A DNA stretch of 63,701 nt, the filler included. It is 16 parts of 16 records of this genome, joined end to end, with 100 filler letters (N's around TTAATTAATTAA, not from the genome) between each part and the next. Parts side by side here need not be neighbours in the genome. Positions count along the whole stretch, not along the records: positions 22,715 to 26,024 come from SRR7504441_128528; positions 26,125 to 29,268 come from SRR7504441_128879; positions 29,369 to 33,032 come from SRR7504441_129083; positions 33,133 to 36,750 come from SRR7504441_129153; positions 36,851 to 40,374 come from SRR7504441_129168; 11 more parts are not named here. One strand, 5' to 3'. Below the pieces are notes generated by a model. The model was not told the origin of the DNA and made no database searches. It saw only the letters and a program-made list of their open reading frames with translations. Shown piece by piece: positions 22,715 to 37,875 of the stretch (its first letter is position 1; each line of letters begins with the position of its first letter). A program made the position numbers and the translations under genes.

Positions 22715-25300
22715 TATATAGTGGGATATCGCCCTTACACATCTTGTCCAAAGCAGAGGCGTGTGGGTGTCGTGCAGATCCACTGTTGAGCGAACTCTTA
22801 CGCATTTGACTGGAGTTGCGTACAACCGTATCAAATGTTAGCACATTGAGTGTGTGAGAGAAGATGTCCTGCGAAAATGAAGCAAAGGCTACAGCACCTG
22901 AATTGGTCCGTTTCAATTGATTGGTCGACTTCCGTGTCAACCGGGCACGCCCGCGTTGTGAAACACGGAGGTTAGCAGGTTCAAGGGCAACGGCATCACC
23001 AGGAACAGGGGATGAACTAGTATCAGCGGACTCTGGCTTTCTGAGTGCTCGAAAGCATTTTTTATGTCCACCTTCTAGATCCTCGGCTGACAGGCGTAGG
23101 GTTGTCTCGCCAATCCGATGATGTGTGACGCCGACACCGTCCGACTCGAGTGAAAGAATAAGCTCAAGACCACCGTCTAGATCCGGAGCAGTTCCAGCCT
23201 GGAGCTCCTGCAGAACATCAGGGCTGAAATGCAGGTATTCGTTCCATTCTGCGTCTGAATAGAATGAGGGCAGGCTGTACATCCATGACGTCTTGCCAAG
23301 AATGGCGACCGCTCCATTAATCTCCGAGGACACCCAGACCCGGATTCGAGGCGCCGCAACGTCATCCAAGTAAGTACGTAGGCGGTAAAGGAACGCCTCT
23401 TTGATAAGAATAGTCAGACCCGTTGGAGGGAAGTCAGTAAAGGGGTGGTCCAAGCCCCCTCTTAGCTTTGCCTTCTCGACAGTGCGAAGCAAAACTGTGC
23501 TGCTCTCTCGCGTGTACAGGTAAGGCAGGAACGGCATCTGCGGCGTTCTGGCACGTCGGCAGCATCTCAAAAATAGCATGAGGATCCGATTTACAAGCCT
23601 GTCACATTCGAGGAAAACAAGAGAATCGAGACGGCTGATGCGTACGGAAATGGGTTTCCAGAAATCTATGGAGGACTGGTGCATCAGAGACACTGACTGC
23701 GGGTCTCTCTGGGACAAATATCCTGGAATGTCTTCCTCGTTACCCTGATCATCGAAATTCAGCAAGCGGCTTAGGAGGTAGCGCATGTTGGTCATTGAAA
23801 CACCAACTCCAGATGTCATCTCTAGGTATTTGAGCATAGTCGTCAGATTCCTGGTGATGAACAGCTTGACGAGCAGGCCCGGCGTGAGCTTGATGTCAGA
23901 CGCGAGCAGCTGGTTCACATAAAACCTAACAACCTGCAATTCGAAACTCACTTACCATCACAGCCACTACGCTATATACGCTCATGCTTTTACTCCCTCA
24001 CCAGTTTCTTGGTCTCGATTTCTTGTTGCCCAGTGAACGGTAGATAATGGCCGACGCTGATATACTATCCGTTAAATGTCAGTGGCACGCTTCACACAGC
24101 CTGGCTTACCTCTAACAGCTCCTTTACTGCAACGTCTGCATTCACAAGTGATCTGATGTTATTCACAAACACGAAGAACATCATCACGTCCCAAATGTTA
24201 CAGTCGCTGCCACTTGGGAAGTCGCAGTCGAGCAGTGGTTTAAGTTGGTCCAATTTGACGAAAATATTAAACGCCACCTGCCAGCCCTCCGAATCAAACA
24301 TCCGCAGTCCGGATTGGGTTAAGCTTGCTTACAATCGTGAAAAGGGCGAGATGCGCGGACGCAAACCCGATCAGAACAAACGCCACTGTGGTCAAACTTC
24401 TGTTGTACTGTCACAGGAGCAACTGAGCACCTCTGCCGCATCAGGGCACACCAGGCGCTCCCTCATGTTAGAAATCCTGCGCGACAAACTCCTGCCGCCC
24501 GCGAGTCTCAAGCACTGACGGTAGGCACAGCCATCCCGAGCCGGGCACCTCATGTCAAATATTCGAATGCCCATCAGCAGGTTGCGGTCGGCCACCTGGC
24601 TGCAACATTAGGTCAATAAACATCGTCGGGTGACCTGATCCGCGTAGTAAGCGAAGTTCTTAGCAGCCAGCACGCAGTGCGTAAAGGCAGCCCGGCACAC
24701 AACAGGGTCATATTCACACGACAGGGTCATATGCTGAGCGCTTAGCAAGTTCCTGTGCGCGGTATCTCGCAGGAAGGCTTCGTACCCCATAGGCTCAACT
24801 GCCGAGCGCATTACAGAGCCCGGAGTGGGACGGAGCTCACCGGGTCGGAACAGCCGCCACGCGCAGTGCACCAGCGCCACCAGCGCCGACCCGACCATGG
24901 CGCACTCCAGGAGGTAACAGCAGCTGACGATGATAGACACTGGCCTCTCGTCCTCCCAGCGCATCGCGGGTGCTAGGATGACGCCGATCACGTTCACCAC
25001 GCAGCGCAGCACCAGCTGGAACATCTGGGCGTAGTCGTCCCCGTCGTTGTCGTCCAGGAACACGTAACGGAACAGGTGCTGCTCCTGCAGGCTGGGGTAG
25101 TATGGGAACCGGTCCCGGTCGCTCACTATCGCCCGGCGGCTGATGCTGGACGAGCCGTACATGAACGGCAGCTGGCACTTGGCCCGCCCAGCTCGTCCGG
25201 GCTCATGAAGCTCGTCCAGGCTCATGGCGCCTGCCGCGCTCGGCGGCCGCCACTCGTCCTCGAGCACGCTCTCGAGTGAGGGGGCTGCCCAGCAAGGCAT
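22715..25300 (-). CDS. Large hypothetical multi-exon protein with C2-like domain (3' partial)
   Basis: Several minus ORFs linkable by GT-AG introns. Region ~23050-23420 (GLTILIKEA...IRVWV...LGKT...EWNEYLHF...HRIGETTLRL) fits a C2 pattern. Confidence 0.55.
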
Positions 25301-25395
25301 GATCTCGTCGAATCACTTGACGGCCATGGCCACAAAACTGAAAAGCTCTGGATCTGCCGTTGCGCAGTGGCGGGGTCGCTCTTGAATCTGGGCCG

Positions 25396-26024
25396 ATGGC
25401 TGCAGCCGGGGTGGCGGGGCCGCTGCATGAGCTGGAGGAGGAGCACGCGGACGACGCACGCGAGGCGCTGCTCTCGGTGCTGGCCGAGGTGCCGGTGGCC
25501 CCCTCGGCGGTGGCTGCGATGGCCGCCGCCGCCAACCTGACCGCTCGCGTGAGCGCTCGAGTGGAGCGACTCCGCGGGGACGACTGCCAGTACGTGACCG
25601 ACGACAGCGGGAGCACAAGCAGCGGATCGAGCAGCCATTCGGACGATCGGTACCCGGCGGACATGCTGGACCCGCGGTACGATCCAAAGAACATGAGCAT
25701 GGCCGAGCGCGGCAGGCTGAGGACCGAAGTCCGCCAACTCGTCCGGGGCGGGCTCGGCGGCCAGTGGACCGGGGAGGATGCCCCGCCGCCCACGATCCCG
25801 GGCATGCCGGCCCCGAGTCCGCCCAAGCGCCCCAGGCCGGTGGCCAGCCAGGCAAAGCCCAAGAAAAGGGTTAAGCCGGTGCTCGTGACTCCGGCCACCA
25901 GCGCCCCCGCCGCCGACGGCCAGCGGTGTCAGTTTGTGCCTGGGCTGATCCACTCGGTGCCTCCCCCCGCACCGCCAGGCTCTGAATCTGGGCGGGCAGG
26001 AACCCTTTTACTTTTGCTCAGAGG
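25396..26024 (+). CDS. Hypothetical low-complexity protein, 3' partial
   Basis: GC3-rich open frame divergent from the previous gene. No family recognised. Confidence 0.45.
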
Positions 26025-26366
26025 NNNNNNNNNNNNNNNNNNNNNNNNNNNNNNNNNNNNNNNNNNNNTTAATTAATTAANNNNNNNNNNNNNNNNNNNN
26101 NNNNNNNNNNNNNNNNNNNNNNNNTACTGCAAGGGGAACAAGGCACGCAACACCCGGATGGCCGTGCCTGATCCCTTGGGCAGGTGTGTCAAGGATGGCC
26201 CGACTTTTCTCTGTTTGATCTGGATCATCGCTGCTGTGGCAACCTTCCACAAGTGGTCGAGATCCACGCCGAGGAAGAAAAAGGCTTGAGCTGAGCTTCA
26301 AATGAGCAGTCCCAGTCTCCGTGAATGCAATGATTAGAGTGTTGTATAACGGCTAGGCTCGGAGAT

Positions 26367-26428
26367 AGTTAGTTAGTTAGTTACTGAGTTAGTAAGTTAG
26401 TTAGTTAGTTAATTAATTAGTTAGTTAC
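26367..26428. repeat. Imperfect (AGTT)n microsatellite
   Basis: agttagttagttagttactgagttagtaagttagttagttagttaattaattagttagttac in intergenic DNA. Confidence 0.9.
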
Positions 26429-26640
26429 ATATAACGATAGGAATAGCAGGCTAGCACAAGCCACTTCGTAAGGTACCAACGGTTACTATTGATGATATCG
26501 ATGAATCGGAGTGTTCAAGCGTTCAAGCGGAGCCCAGAAAAATCATCAGCGCGTGCTTTTCGTTAAGGCGCGCCTCGATCTGTCACTGGCATCATCAGGA
26601 GAAGATCATTCTGGATCCTGGACTCTCACAGGCACGCTCG

Positions 26641-28947
26641 ATGGCTGAGCCTGCCGAACCAGAAGCGCCTGTCGCGGAGGAACCGGTGGTCGAAACAGCC
26701 GCGGAGCCGGAGGCGGCTGCACAGGCGCCGGCTGGGGTGCCGTGGGGCATCGACTTCGGGAGCTTCAAGTGCTGCGTGGCGGCGGTGCCCGAGCAGGTGC
26801 CCGGGATAGTGCTCGACCAGGAGTTCTCCCGGGCCGAGACTCCGAGCATCGTCTCGTTCAATGCGGACCCGGCCCGCCGAATGGTCGGCGAGGCCGCTGC
26901 CGGCCGTGTCGCCGCTCACATGGCCAATACGTTCGTCGAGCTCCCCCGATTGTTCGCCCCCGCGAGCGAGCCGGCCGGGTACCCCCATAGCCGGCACGCC
27001 CGGGCCGGGGACGGGTACGAGGTGCAGTACGGCGGACAGCTGGCGCTGTCCCCGGCTCAGATCGCAGCTGGGCTGCTGGCCAAGCTCAAGGCCCAAATGA
27101 TCGCCGAGCACCCCAACCCAGGCCCGTGCGTCGTCGCCGTCAGCGGTGCGCTTTCGGCCCAGGAGCGGCAGCGGGTGCTCGAAGCGGCGGCGATCGCGGA
27201 GCTCCCGGTGGTGCGACTGGTGACCAGCGAGGCGGCAGCGGTGTACAGCTACAGGAGCCGGCATCCTCAGGCAGAAGGGGTCGTGATGCTGATCGACGGT
27301 GCGCAAGTGTGCAGGCGGTGCTGACCTGGGGGGCAGTGGGACACAGCTACTCGGCGGTGTCGGTGGCGCTTCATACAGAGGAGGGCGGGACAGCCATTCT
27401 GGCCTCGGGCTCCGCCGAGTGTGGTGCGGCATGTATCGACCAGCAGCTGTTCCAGCTCGTGGCAGCACAGTGCGAGAAGCAGGGGGTCTCCCTGCAGCTG
27501 GAGAGCAAAATTGGGCAGCGAGTACTCAAACAGGTGGTGGCGGCCAAAAAGGTGCTCTCTACAATCGCCCAGACCGCGGTGCACGTCGAGCTTGACGAGA
27601 AAGATATCACTGTGAAAGTGAGCCGAACAGAGCTCAATGCAGCATGCGCGCAGCCGCTGGCTCCGATAGGCGAAATGATCGAGGCGGCGCTTTCGGCGCT
27701 GGAGGACACCTGTCTGATCGGATCTGTCGAAGTGATCGGAGGCGGCTCCTGTATTCCTATTGTGCAGGAGATCGTGGGAAAGGCCCTCGCCAGCAGCAAC
27801 AAGGTCATTGACCCAAGTCTTCGCAAGACAATGGACCTGGCCACCACGTGTGCCTGCGGCGCGGGGCTGGTGGCGGCTGGCGTGGTCGCTGTCGAGGAGG
27901 ATGCTGCACTGGATCAGACCGAGCAAGTCGAGCCACTTCCCGAGGCCGAGATGGCAGCAGCGGTGAGCTTGTTACACAGCCCTGGCTGAATTTGGGGGCA
28001 GTTGGAGCAGGAGCGAGGAATTCAGCAGAGCGAGGCCAAGTGTGTGGAGTACGAGGCGGCCAGGAACAAGTTTGAGAGCACGATCTACGAGGTGCGAGGC
28101 TTGTCTGAGGGCGCCTACCGGGCCGAGCTCCCGGGCGACAAGATCAACCCGATGCTCGATGCCGAGGAGGAATGGTTCTGGGGCGACGGCGAGGCCGCCC
28201 CGCTGGAGGCGCTCAAGGAGCGGCTGGCTGGGATCGAGCAGACAATGCGGGCAGAGTTCCCGAGCTATTATGAGCGGCTGGAGCGAGAGGCTGAGGAGGA
28301 GCGGGTCCAGCAGGAGAAGCAGGCGGTCGAGTTTGCCAAGCACCAAGCGGCCGAGCAGGCTGAACTCGAGGCGAGTGGCGTAGTGCGCGACACTCGCAAG
28401 CTGCCGTTCGAGGACCGGATGAGGATGGTGACAAAGAACAAGGAGGAGGGCACCGAGCTTTTCAAGGGAGGGAACTGGGAGCCGGCCGCGGTCCGTTACA
28501 CCAAGGCGATCAACCATTGCGAACTGATTAAGGAGCCAACGGACGAGCAGCGGGAGGAGATGCGCAAGGTGGCGCGAGCAGTGAGCTGCGGGCAAGCCAC
28601 TGGCAGGTGAAGCTATCTCTCTACCTCAACCTGTCGATGGCCTTCAGCAAGATGAAGAAGTGGGGCAAGGCCATTGGTAAGCCGATGATCTGGCGGGTCT
28701 GAGCCGCTGGACAGATAACTGCCGCTACGCGCTTGAGATTGACAACAAAAACAGTAAAGCCCTGTTCAGGCGGGCCACAGCCTATTATGAGGAGAAGGAT
28801 TTTGACAAGGCAGAAGTGGACCTGAACGCGGCTATGGAAATCGAGCCGGTTGATGCTGCAGTTCCCAAACTGCTCAAGATTGTGCAAAAGGCGATCGCAA
28901 AGCGAGAAAAAAAGGAGAAGGCTACCTATGGCAAGATGTTTGGGTGA
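26641..28947 (+). CDS. Hsp70/Hsp110-like NBD + helical lid fused to FKBP/Cyp40-type TPR domain, 4 introns
   Basis: GIDFGS, ETPSIVSF, IDVGHSYS, AKKVLS, VEVIGGGSCIP and ARNKFESTIYEVR, then KEEGTELFK...LYLNLSMA...KALFRRA...EKKEKATYGKMFG*. Confidence 0.85.
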
Positions 28948-29368
28948 GGTTGACCCGTAGTTGTGTGTAAGATGGAACACGGGGAGATACATTCATGGAC
29001 CGGTAAATGGTCTGGAATACGAGTACTTAGCATGCTCTGGAGAACGACTGAACAAGTTCCATTTAAGCAACAAATTCTTGATTGATTTTAATTTAATGTA
29101 ATTTAAATCGATCAATCGCGATTTGTCCACAAGTACCCAACATCGCTACAACATCGCAATTCTTTGTAATTCTACAATAATTCATTGTATTTATTGAAAG
29201 GTACGTACAAAAACACTCGTACTACAAGTCATGTAATAGTATACAAAAGAAGCCAAATGGCGAGCTTANNNNNNNNNNNNNNNNNNNNNNNNNNNNNNNN
29301 NNNNNNNNNNNNTTAATTAATTAANNNNNNNNNNNNNNNNNNNNNNNNNNNNNNNNNNNNNNNNNNNN

Positions 29369-30654
29369 GAGGACCTTCGGCTTAAGCTGCTGGGATACAG
29401 CGGATCAAACGAGGGCATCCCAAGGAGCATCGGCGTAAGCATGCCTGCAGCAGACCTGGCCTCAGGGTCGTCCTTGGCGTATGCGACAGTGGCAAGAGTC
29501 TTGGCGGCGCTGCTCGTCGACGAGCTGAGGCCGCCGGAGGTGAGCACAGAAATCACTTGTGCAACACCCATCGCACCGTAGATTGCCACGCCCTGGCTTG
29601 CGCGGATAGCGATGTCCACGGGCGGCTTTGGTGTTGGTGCGGCAGAGGTTGGTGGGAAGGTTGGTGTTGGGAAGGTTGGTAGGAGAGATGGTGCTAAGGT
29701 CGGTGCAGTGGTTGGCTGGAGGTAACCGTAAATCGTCCCTGTCATCCCGACCGCGAAGATCGCAGAGGCACTCGCGACTGCCACATCCAATAAATTTGGT
29801 CTTGTCCCCGAGGTTTCGACCACCCAGTTAATCCCTCCGTCAGTTGTTGAGAAGATGGATGAGCCCGAGTTGCCGACCGCATAGCCTGCTGTGGGACTCG
29901 CGAATGCGACGCCGAACAAATCACAGGTGCTCAACCCGCCGTTGTGCTGCATGATCCACGCGCTGCCGCCATCCGTGGTGCTCATAATCACTGCACGGAA
30001 GCCGACCGCCCAGCCCACAGTGGTGCTAAGAAACTTCACTTGCAACAGGTCCTGTGTGGTCAGCCCGGTGCCTTGCACTGTCCACGTGCTGCCCCCGTCC
30101 GCGGAGGCCAGGATGATCCCGTTGGTGCCCACCGCCCAGCCCTCAGTCGCGCTCGGAAAATCGACCCCATTCAGATCGCACCCCGCCTGTGTGTGCAGGT
30201 GCGCCCAGTTGACTCCGCCGTCTGTAGTGCCCACGATCACCCCATTTTGTCCGACCGCGAATCCCACCATGGTGCTTGGGAACGCCACAGCGTACAGACC
30301 GGATATGCCTGCTGGCAGGGTCTGAAGCGCCCAGATGGCGCCGCCATTTGTCGTCGCTACAATCGTCGAGCCACCGGCCGCAAAGCCCACCGTGGTGCTA
30401 GGAAAGGCTACGCCCCTCAGCCCGGCATTCGTTAAGGTTCCAGCTATCTGCACAAACCAAGTATCGCCAGCGGTATCGGTGGATAGGATCGTGCCACCCG
30501 CCCCGACCGCGAACCCGTGAGTGGCGCTCGGGAAGGCAACCCCATACAGCGGCACCGATGTCAGCGTCCCTGAGCCGCCGACCGGAGCCCATGTGGTTTG
30601 GGCCCGTGCGCTACCACAGCAGATCAAGACCAGCAGCAGTAGCCCTGCGGACAT
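29369..30654 (-). CDS. Secreted/surface YCF48-like (Asp-box/BNR) beta-propeller with Pro/Thr linker, 3' partial
   Basis: Signal peptide MSAGLLLLVLICCGSARA; about 7 repeats of L.GVAFPS.T.G.AVG..G.I..T.DGG..W; then PTxAPT linker and a hydrophobic segment. Confidence 0.85.
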
Positions 30655-30714
30655 TGCTCCTGTCGATCCTAACGGCTCGGCCTGCGACCTACTCGACTAA
30701 CGTTGTCCGGCCCG

Positions 30715-32825
30715 ATGCAGGCAAAGGGCTGGATCGATCGGGCGTTCGCCCCTGGCCTGGGGTGCCCGTCCGGACCGTCGCCAGCTGAGTTGGGGGGCAG
30801 TGCGTTGTTCAGGGACCCGGCCAACCCGCCCGCTCCGGCCCAGCTGGGCTACGACCCGCGCGACATCCAGTGGCTCCGGCCGGCCGAGTGGCGCGGCGCC
30901 ACAGCGCCCCAGTAGCCGGCCAGCTGGGCCCAGCCCGAGCTGGCGGGGCAGGCTATTCGTGGACGGGGTCGGGTCCAACGACGTCCAGCAGGGCGGGCTG
31001 TCTGAGTGCTGGTTGCTGGCTTCATTCTCGATCGTAGCTTCATTGGACCTCGTCAGGTCCCGCCAGCCCCGTGGCGGCTGTCAACGGGCCGTAGGGACTT
31101 GTTCGTGACGGCGGACGACGCCCCAGCCGGCAAGCACTCGGTCAGACTGTTCAAGGCGGGCCGGTGCGTCGGATCCGAGGGGGGCGGAAGGGCCGGCCAG
31201 GTGGGTGCTGGTGGACGTGGATGACCGGATCCCGTGCCTTCACCAGACCCCGCTGTACGGACGGAACACCGACCCGAACGAGAGCTGGGTCACAGTCCTG
31301 GAGAAGGCGTACGCCAAGCTGCACGGGTGCTACGAGGCGCTTGTCGATGGCGAGGCGCGCCTGGCCGGTGGGCACGGGCCAAGCATGGGCAGGTCGACTA
31401 CGGACTGCGAGACCTGACCGCGGGCATACCGCGCGAGATCGAGCTGCGCGAGCCGTCGGTGCAGGCCGGGCTGGAGCAGGGCGAGTTTTGGAACCGCTTC
31501 TCACTGCTGCGGGCCGACGGGCATTTGGTGCTAATGGGATGTGCGATTGTGCAAGACGTGGACAGCCACGAAGTGGACGTGGGGCACGGGCTGCTGCTCA
31601 ATCACGCGTACGGCCTGCTCGAGGTCTCGACCGCCATACCAGGCAATGGGCTCCACGCCTGAGCGCCTCACGCTCTGCTTTCAGGCAAGACTCTTCTCAA
31701 GCTCCGAAACCCGTGGGGAACTGGCGAGTGGAAAGGCCGGTGGGCGGACGCAGACAGCCAGTCGTGGACGCCCGGAGCGTGTCAGCTGCTCGGTCAGCCC
31801 AAGGGCGGCGCGGACGATGGGTGGGGCGGCTAGCGAGCCTGTAGTGAGATATGTGGCCAGCACCTTCTGGATGGAGCACACCGACTTTGTCGAGTATTTT
31901 ACGCACGTTTATCTCTGCTTGATTCCAACCGGCTGGTGGACTGTGCACAGGCGCGGCAGCTGGACCGACTCGACAGCAGGCGGCAGGGTAGTGCTTGCGC
32001 CGCCGGGCTGCTGAGCCGCTGGGTGCAGGTCAGCTGCGCTGAGTGGGGCTCCAACCCTCAGCTCAAGGTTGTGGTGAGCAGGCCGACCACCATGTGTGCT
32101 TCGCTCACGCAGCCCGATGCCAGGCACGGCCAACCACCAGCCCGGCTGATCGGACTGGCAGGTTTGAATCAGCCGGGCACGAGTGGAATGTGTATGATCG
32201 CAGCATTGGCTTTGTGATATACCGGCCTGGCCCAGATGGCAAGCCGAAGCGCAAACTCAAGCGCAAAGACATAGTCAAGAAGGAAAGCCCTAAAGCGGAC
32301 AGGGAGGTGAGTGTGATGCTCGATCTGAGTCCAGGCGTCTACTTCATGGTGCCCTACACGCGCAATCCAGGCGAGCAGGCCGACTTCTTCATCATGCTGC
32401 ACTCTAACCAGCCAGTCACAGCCGACGGGCTGACTGTCTGTGAGATGGAGGGCGAGGACGCGGTCACACGATTGAACACCAAGCTGCACTCCATGGCCGC
32501 AAGCGGCGGCGCTCCGCCTGAACAGCCCGCATCGGCAGTGCGCCGGCTGCCGGCTGAGACTGCTGAAGTGCATCTCTCGCGAGACGTGTCTCGGGTGCGG
32601 AGGGATGCGGCTGAGCGATCGGAGCAGCGATCGGTGGTGATTACCGTGCCGGCCGGGGCCAAGCCGGGGATGATGCTCAACGTGAAGCTGCTGGGAGAGA
32701 GCTACAAGATCACGGTGCCGGCTGGCGCAAGGCCAGGCCATAAGCTTAAAGCGTGGGTGCCCCGAGCTACGAGGACACGGTCAAAGAAGCCGCGGAGCCT
32801 TGCAGTTGTTAGAGTTCGGACGTAG
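30715..32825 (+). CDS. Calpain-like cysteine protease (CysPc + domain III + VPxGxxPG module), 9 introns
   Basis: Catalytic motifs QQGGLSECW, NHAY and KLRNPWG; also VDDRIP, LEKAYAKLHGCYEAL, WGSNPQ and GVYFMVPYT. Confidence 0.92.
31355..31392 (+). other. GC-AG intron (38 nt) in calpain
   Basis: GAG|GCGCGC...GGGCAG|GTC gives ALVDGE-VDYGLRDLT. The internal GT gives the wrong phase. Confidence 0.8.
31643..31684 (+). other. GC-AG intron (42 nt) in calpain
   Basis: CCAG|GCAATG...TTTCAG|GC AAG gives STAIPG-KTLLKLRNPWG. Nearby GTs are out of phase. Confidence 0.8.
32124..32161 (+). other. GC-AG intron (38 nt) in calpain
   Basis: CCAG|GCACGG...CTGATCGGACTGGCAG|G gives LTQPDAR-FE...SIGFVIY. No GT within the interval. 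Confidence 0.8.
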
Positions 32826-33132
32826 CGGATCGATACGAAGCCATGTAACTCTAATGTACAGTACGAGTACGAGTACAACTCACCGGTCGGTTGCAAGTAG
32901 ACGCATGCTGTACATAACCAAATCAAAATGAATGACGCTCGTTTTAGCCAATTATTAGTCAATCATGTACGAGTACACATCAATTGCTTGGTCCCGGGTT
33001 GCTCTGGAACGCTCTCTTGCGCTCGGTTTATANNNNNNNNNNNNNNNNNNNNNNNNNNNNNNNNNNNNNNNNNNNNTTAATTAATTAANNNNNNNNNNNN
33101 NNNNNNNNNNNNNNNNNNNNNNNNNNNNNNNN

Positions 33133-34144
<1,012 letters not shown>

Positions 34145-34320
34145 TCGTGATATCCAATACCAACCTTTGCGAACCGTGATGTTGCCCAGTGTGGTAGCGC
34201 CCTTTCTGGGTGGCGCCCCTGAGCATGTCTCTTATCTTGTATATCCGTCTCAACCGCTTCTGAGCACGGCGGGAAGCCTGCAGTCTTTTCTGCGGCGCCC
34301 CGCGTCTTGCAAAGCGACTA
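34145..34320 (+). other. ITS1
   Basis: Lies between the 18S end and 5.8S; boundaries approximate. Confidence 0.85.
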
Positions 34321-34477
34321 ACAGTTTTCACAGTGGATGTCTTGGCTCTCGCAACGATGAAGAACGCAGCGAAATGCGATACGTAGTGTGAATTGCAGAA
34401 TTCAGCGAATCATCGAAACTTTGAACGCACATTGCACTTGTGTGCTTCGGCACCGAGAATGCCTCTTTCAGGGTCAT
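34321..34477 (+). rRNA. 5.8S rRNA
   Basis: CGATGAAGAACGCAGCGAAATGCGATA, GAATTGCAGAATTC and TTTGAACGCACATTG; ends approximate. Confidence 0.97.
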
Positions 34478-34726
34478 CGACCCACACCTCACCCCTCCCC
34501 CAAGCCTGGCTCCGGTCGGGCCTGGGGCGAGCGCGGATCGCAGCATGGGCGTCCTGCGGCACGGTGCAACACCCGAGCCTAAGCACGTCGCCTGAAGCGC
34601 ATCGGCTATAGCAGGCCGGCCGTCCTCGTGTGGCGCGACGCAGTAAGCGCGGCTCCGGCTGCCCTCTCGTCGCCGCCCGGCGGCTGGTCCTTTGCGGGCC
34701 GGACAACCAACCCAAACCACCCCGGT
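34478..34726 (+). other. ITS2
   Basis: GC-rich spacer between 5.8S and 28S; boundaries approximate. Confidence 0.85.
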
Positions 34727-36750
<2,024 letters not shown>

Positions 36751-36850
36751 NNNNNNNNNNNNNNNNNNNNNNNNNNNNNNNNNNNNNNNNNNNNTTAATT
36801 AATTAANNNNNNNNNNNNNNNNNNNNNNNNNNNNNNNNNNNNNNNNNNNN

Positions 36851-37875
36851 ATAGCGAGGCCCGCGCCCGGCGGCGGGACTCGAGGCTGGGCGAAGTCATC
36901 CTATGCACTGAGCAGCTGCACGGAGACGATCGGTCAGGTGGGGCGGTGCTCTGGGAGCGGGCCGGTCTCGGCTTGCGCGGCCGCCGCTTCCTGGGTCGAG
37001 GTTGCCGTTGGCTGGACGGAACAATGGCGGTCTGCGCCGGGCTTGGCGATGGGACGGGGTGCTTGGGCCGGAAGCAGCGGTAGATGTGTTCGAGCAGACC
37101 GCAGACCGCGGCTGGGTCGCCGGCCAGGAGCAGCTCGACTGACCAGAGCCAGGCCGAATCCATGGCCGGCTCGGCTCGCAGCCACTGGAGCGCTCGGCTC
37201 AGATTGGCCCTGGCAGCTGCACGCGAGCCAGCCTGTCTCAATCTCAGGCCGGACAGACAGGGCTGGGGGCACCGGTCTCGGGTGTGGCGGCGGGGTAGTC
37301 TTGTCGCCTTCCAGCGCCCGCACCAGCCGCCAGAGCAGCACCCCATCCGCCCACCGCTCACAGAGCATCGGGCCCCGCGACGTCGCCGGCAGTTTCTCTC
37401 TAATCCAGGCAGCCGCCCCCGCCGATAGACTGGCCGCCGGGCGGCCCTGCGACGGGCTTTCTCTCCGTTGGGGGGTGCGCGCCCGCCGCGGAGTGGCGCG
37501 GGCGGTGGTGTCGACGGGGCGCTGCCTGTGGGGAGGCGGGGTCGGGCCAGCGTCGAGCTTTTGGTCGAAGGCGACGGCCATGTGCTCGAGCAGCAGCTGG
37601 CTGGCCTGGTGGTCGCCCTGCGAGATGGACTCGGCCAGCTTGGAGAACTCGCGCAGGGCCGGCGGGAGCGGTGGCTCCTGCTGGCGCAGCTGGCGGAAGA
37701 CGGCTAGCACCCTGTGGCTGGCCGGGCCCGGGTCCTTGAGCGGCCGGCCCGCGAGGTCGGCGGCCATGGCCAGGAACACCTTACCGTCCTGCAGGTCGGC
37801 CCAACTGCTAACCAGTAGGCACGCCGGGATACGCCCGCCGAGCGAGTTGACCCAGTGCAGCAGAGGCGAAGCCAT
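36851..37875 (-). CDS. Tandem calponin-homology-like domain protein, 3' partial
   Basis: LLHWVNSL...DLQDGKVFL and AAAWI...WADGVLLWRLVRALE...ANLSRALQWLR...LLEHIYR, joined by a short GT-AG intron. Confidence 0.65.

Noticed and set aside
26367-26428. Telomere-like repeat
   Set aside because: Imperfect internal (TTAG)n lacking a G-run; an ordinary microsatellite.
29742-30600. Periodic repeats resembling an array
   Set aside because: Coding BNR/YCF48 repeats. No CRISPR array, transposase or tRNA was recognised anywhere in the window.
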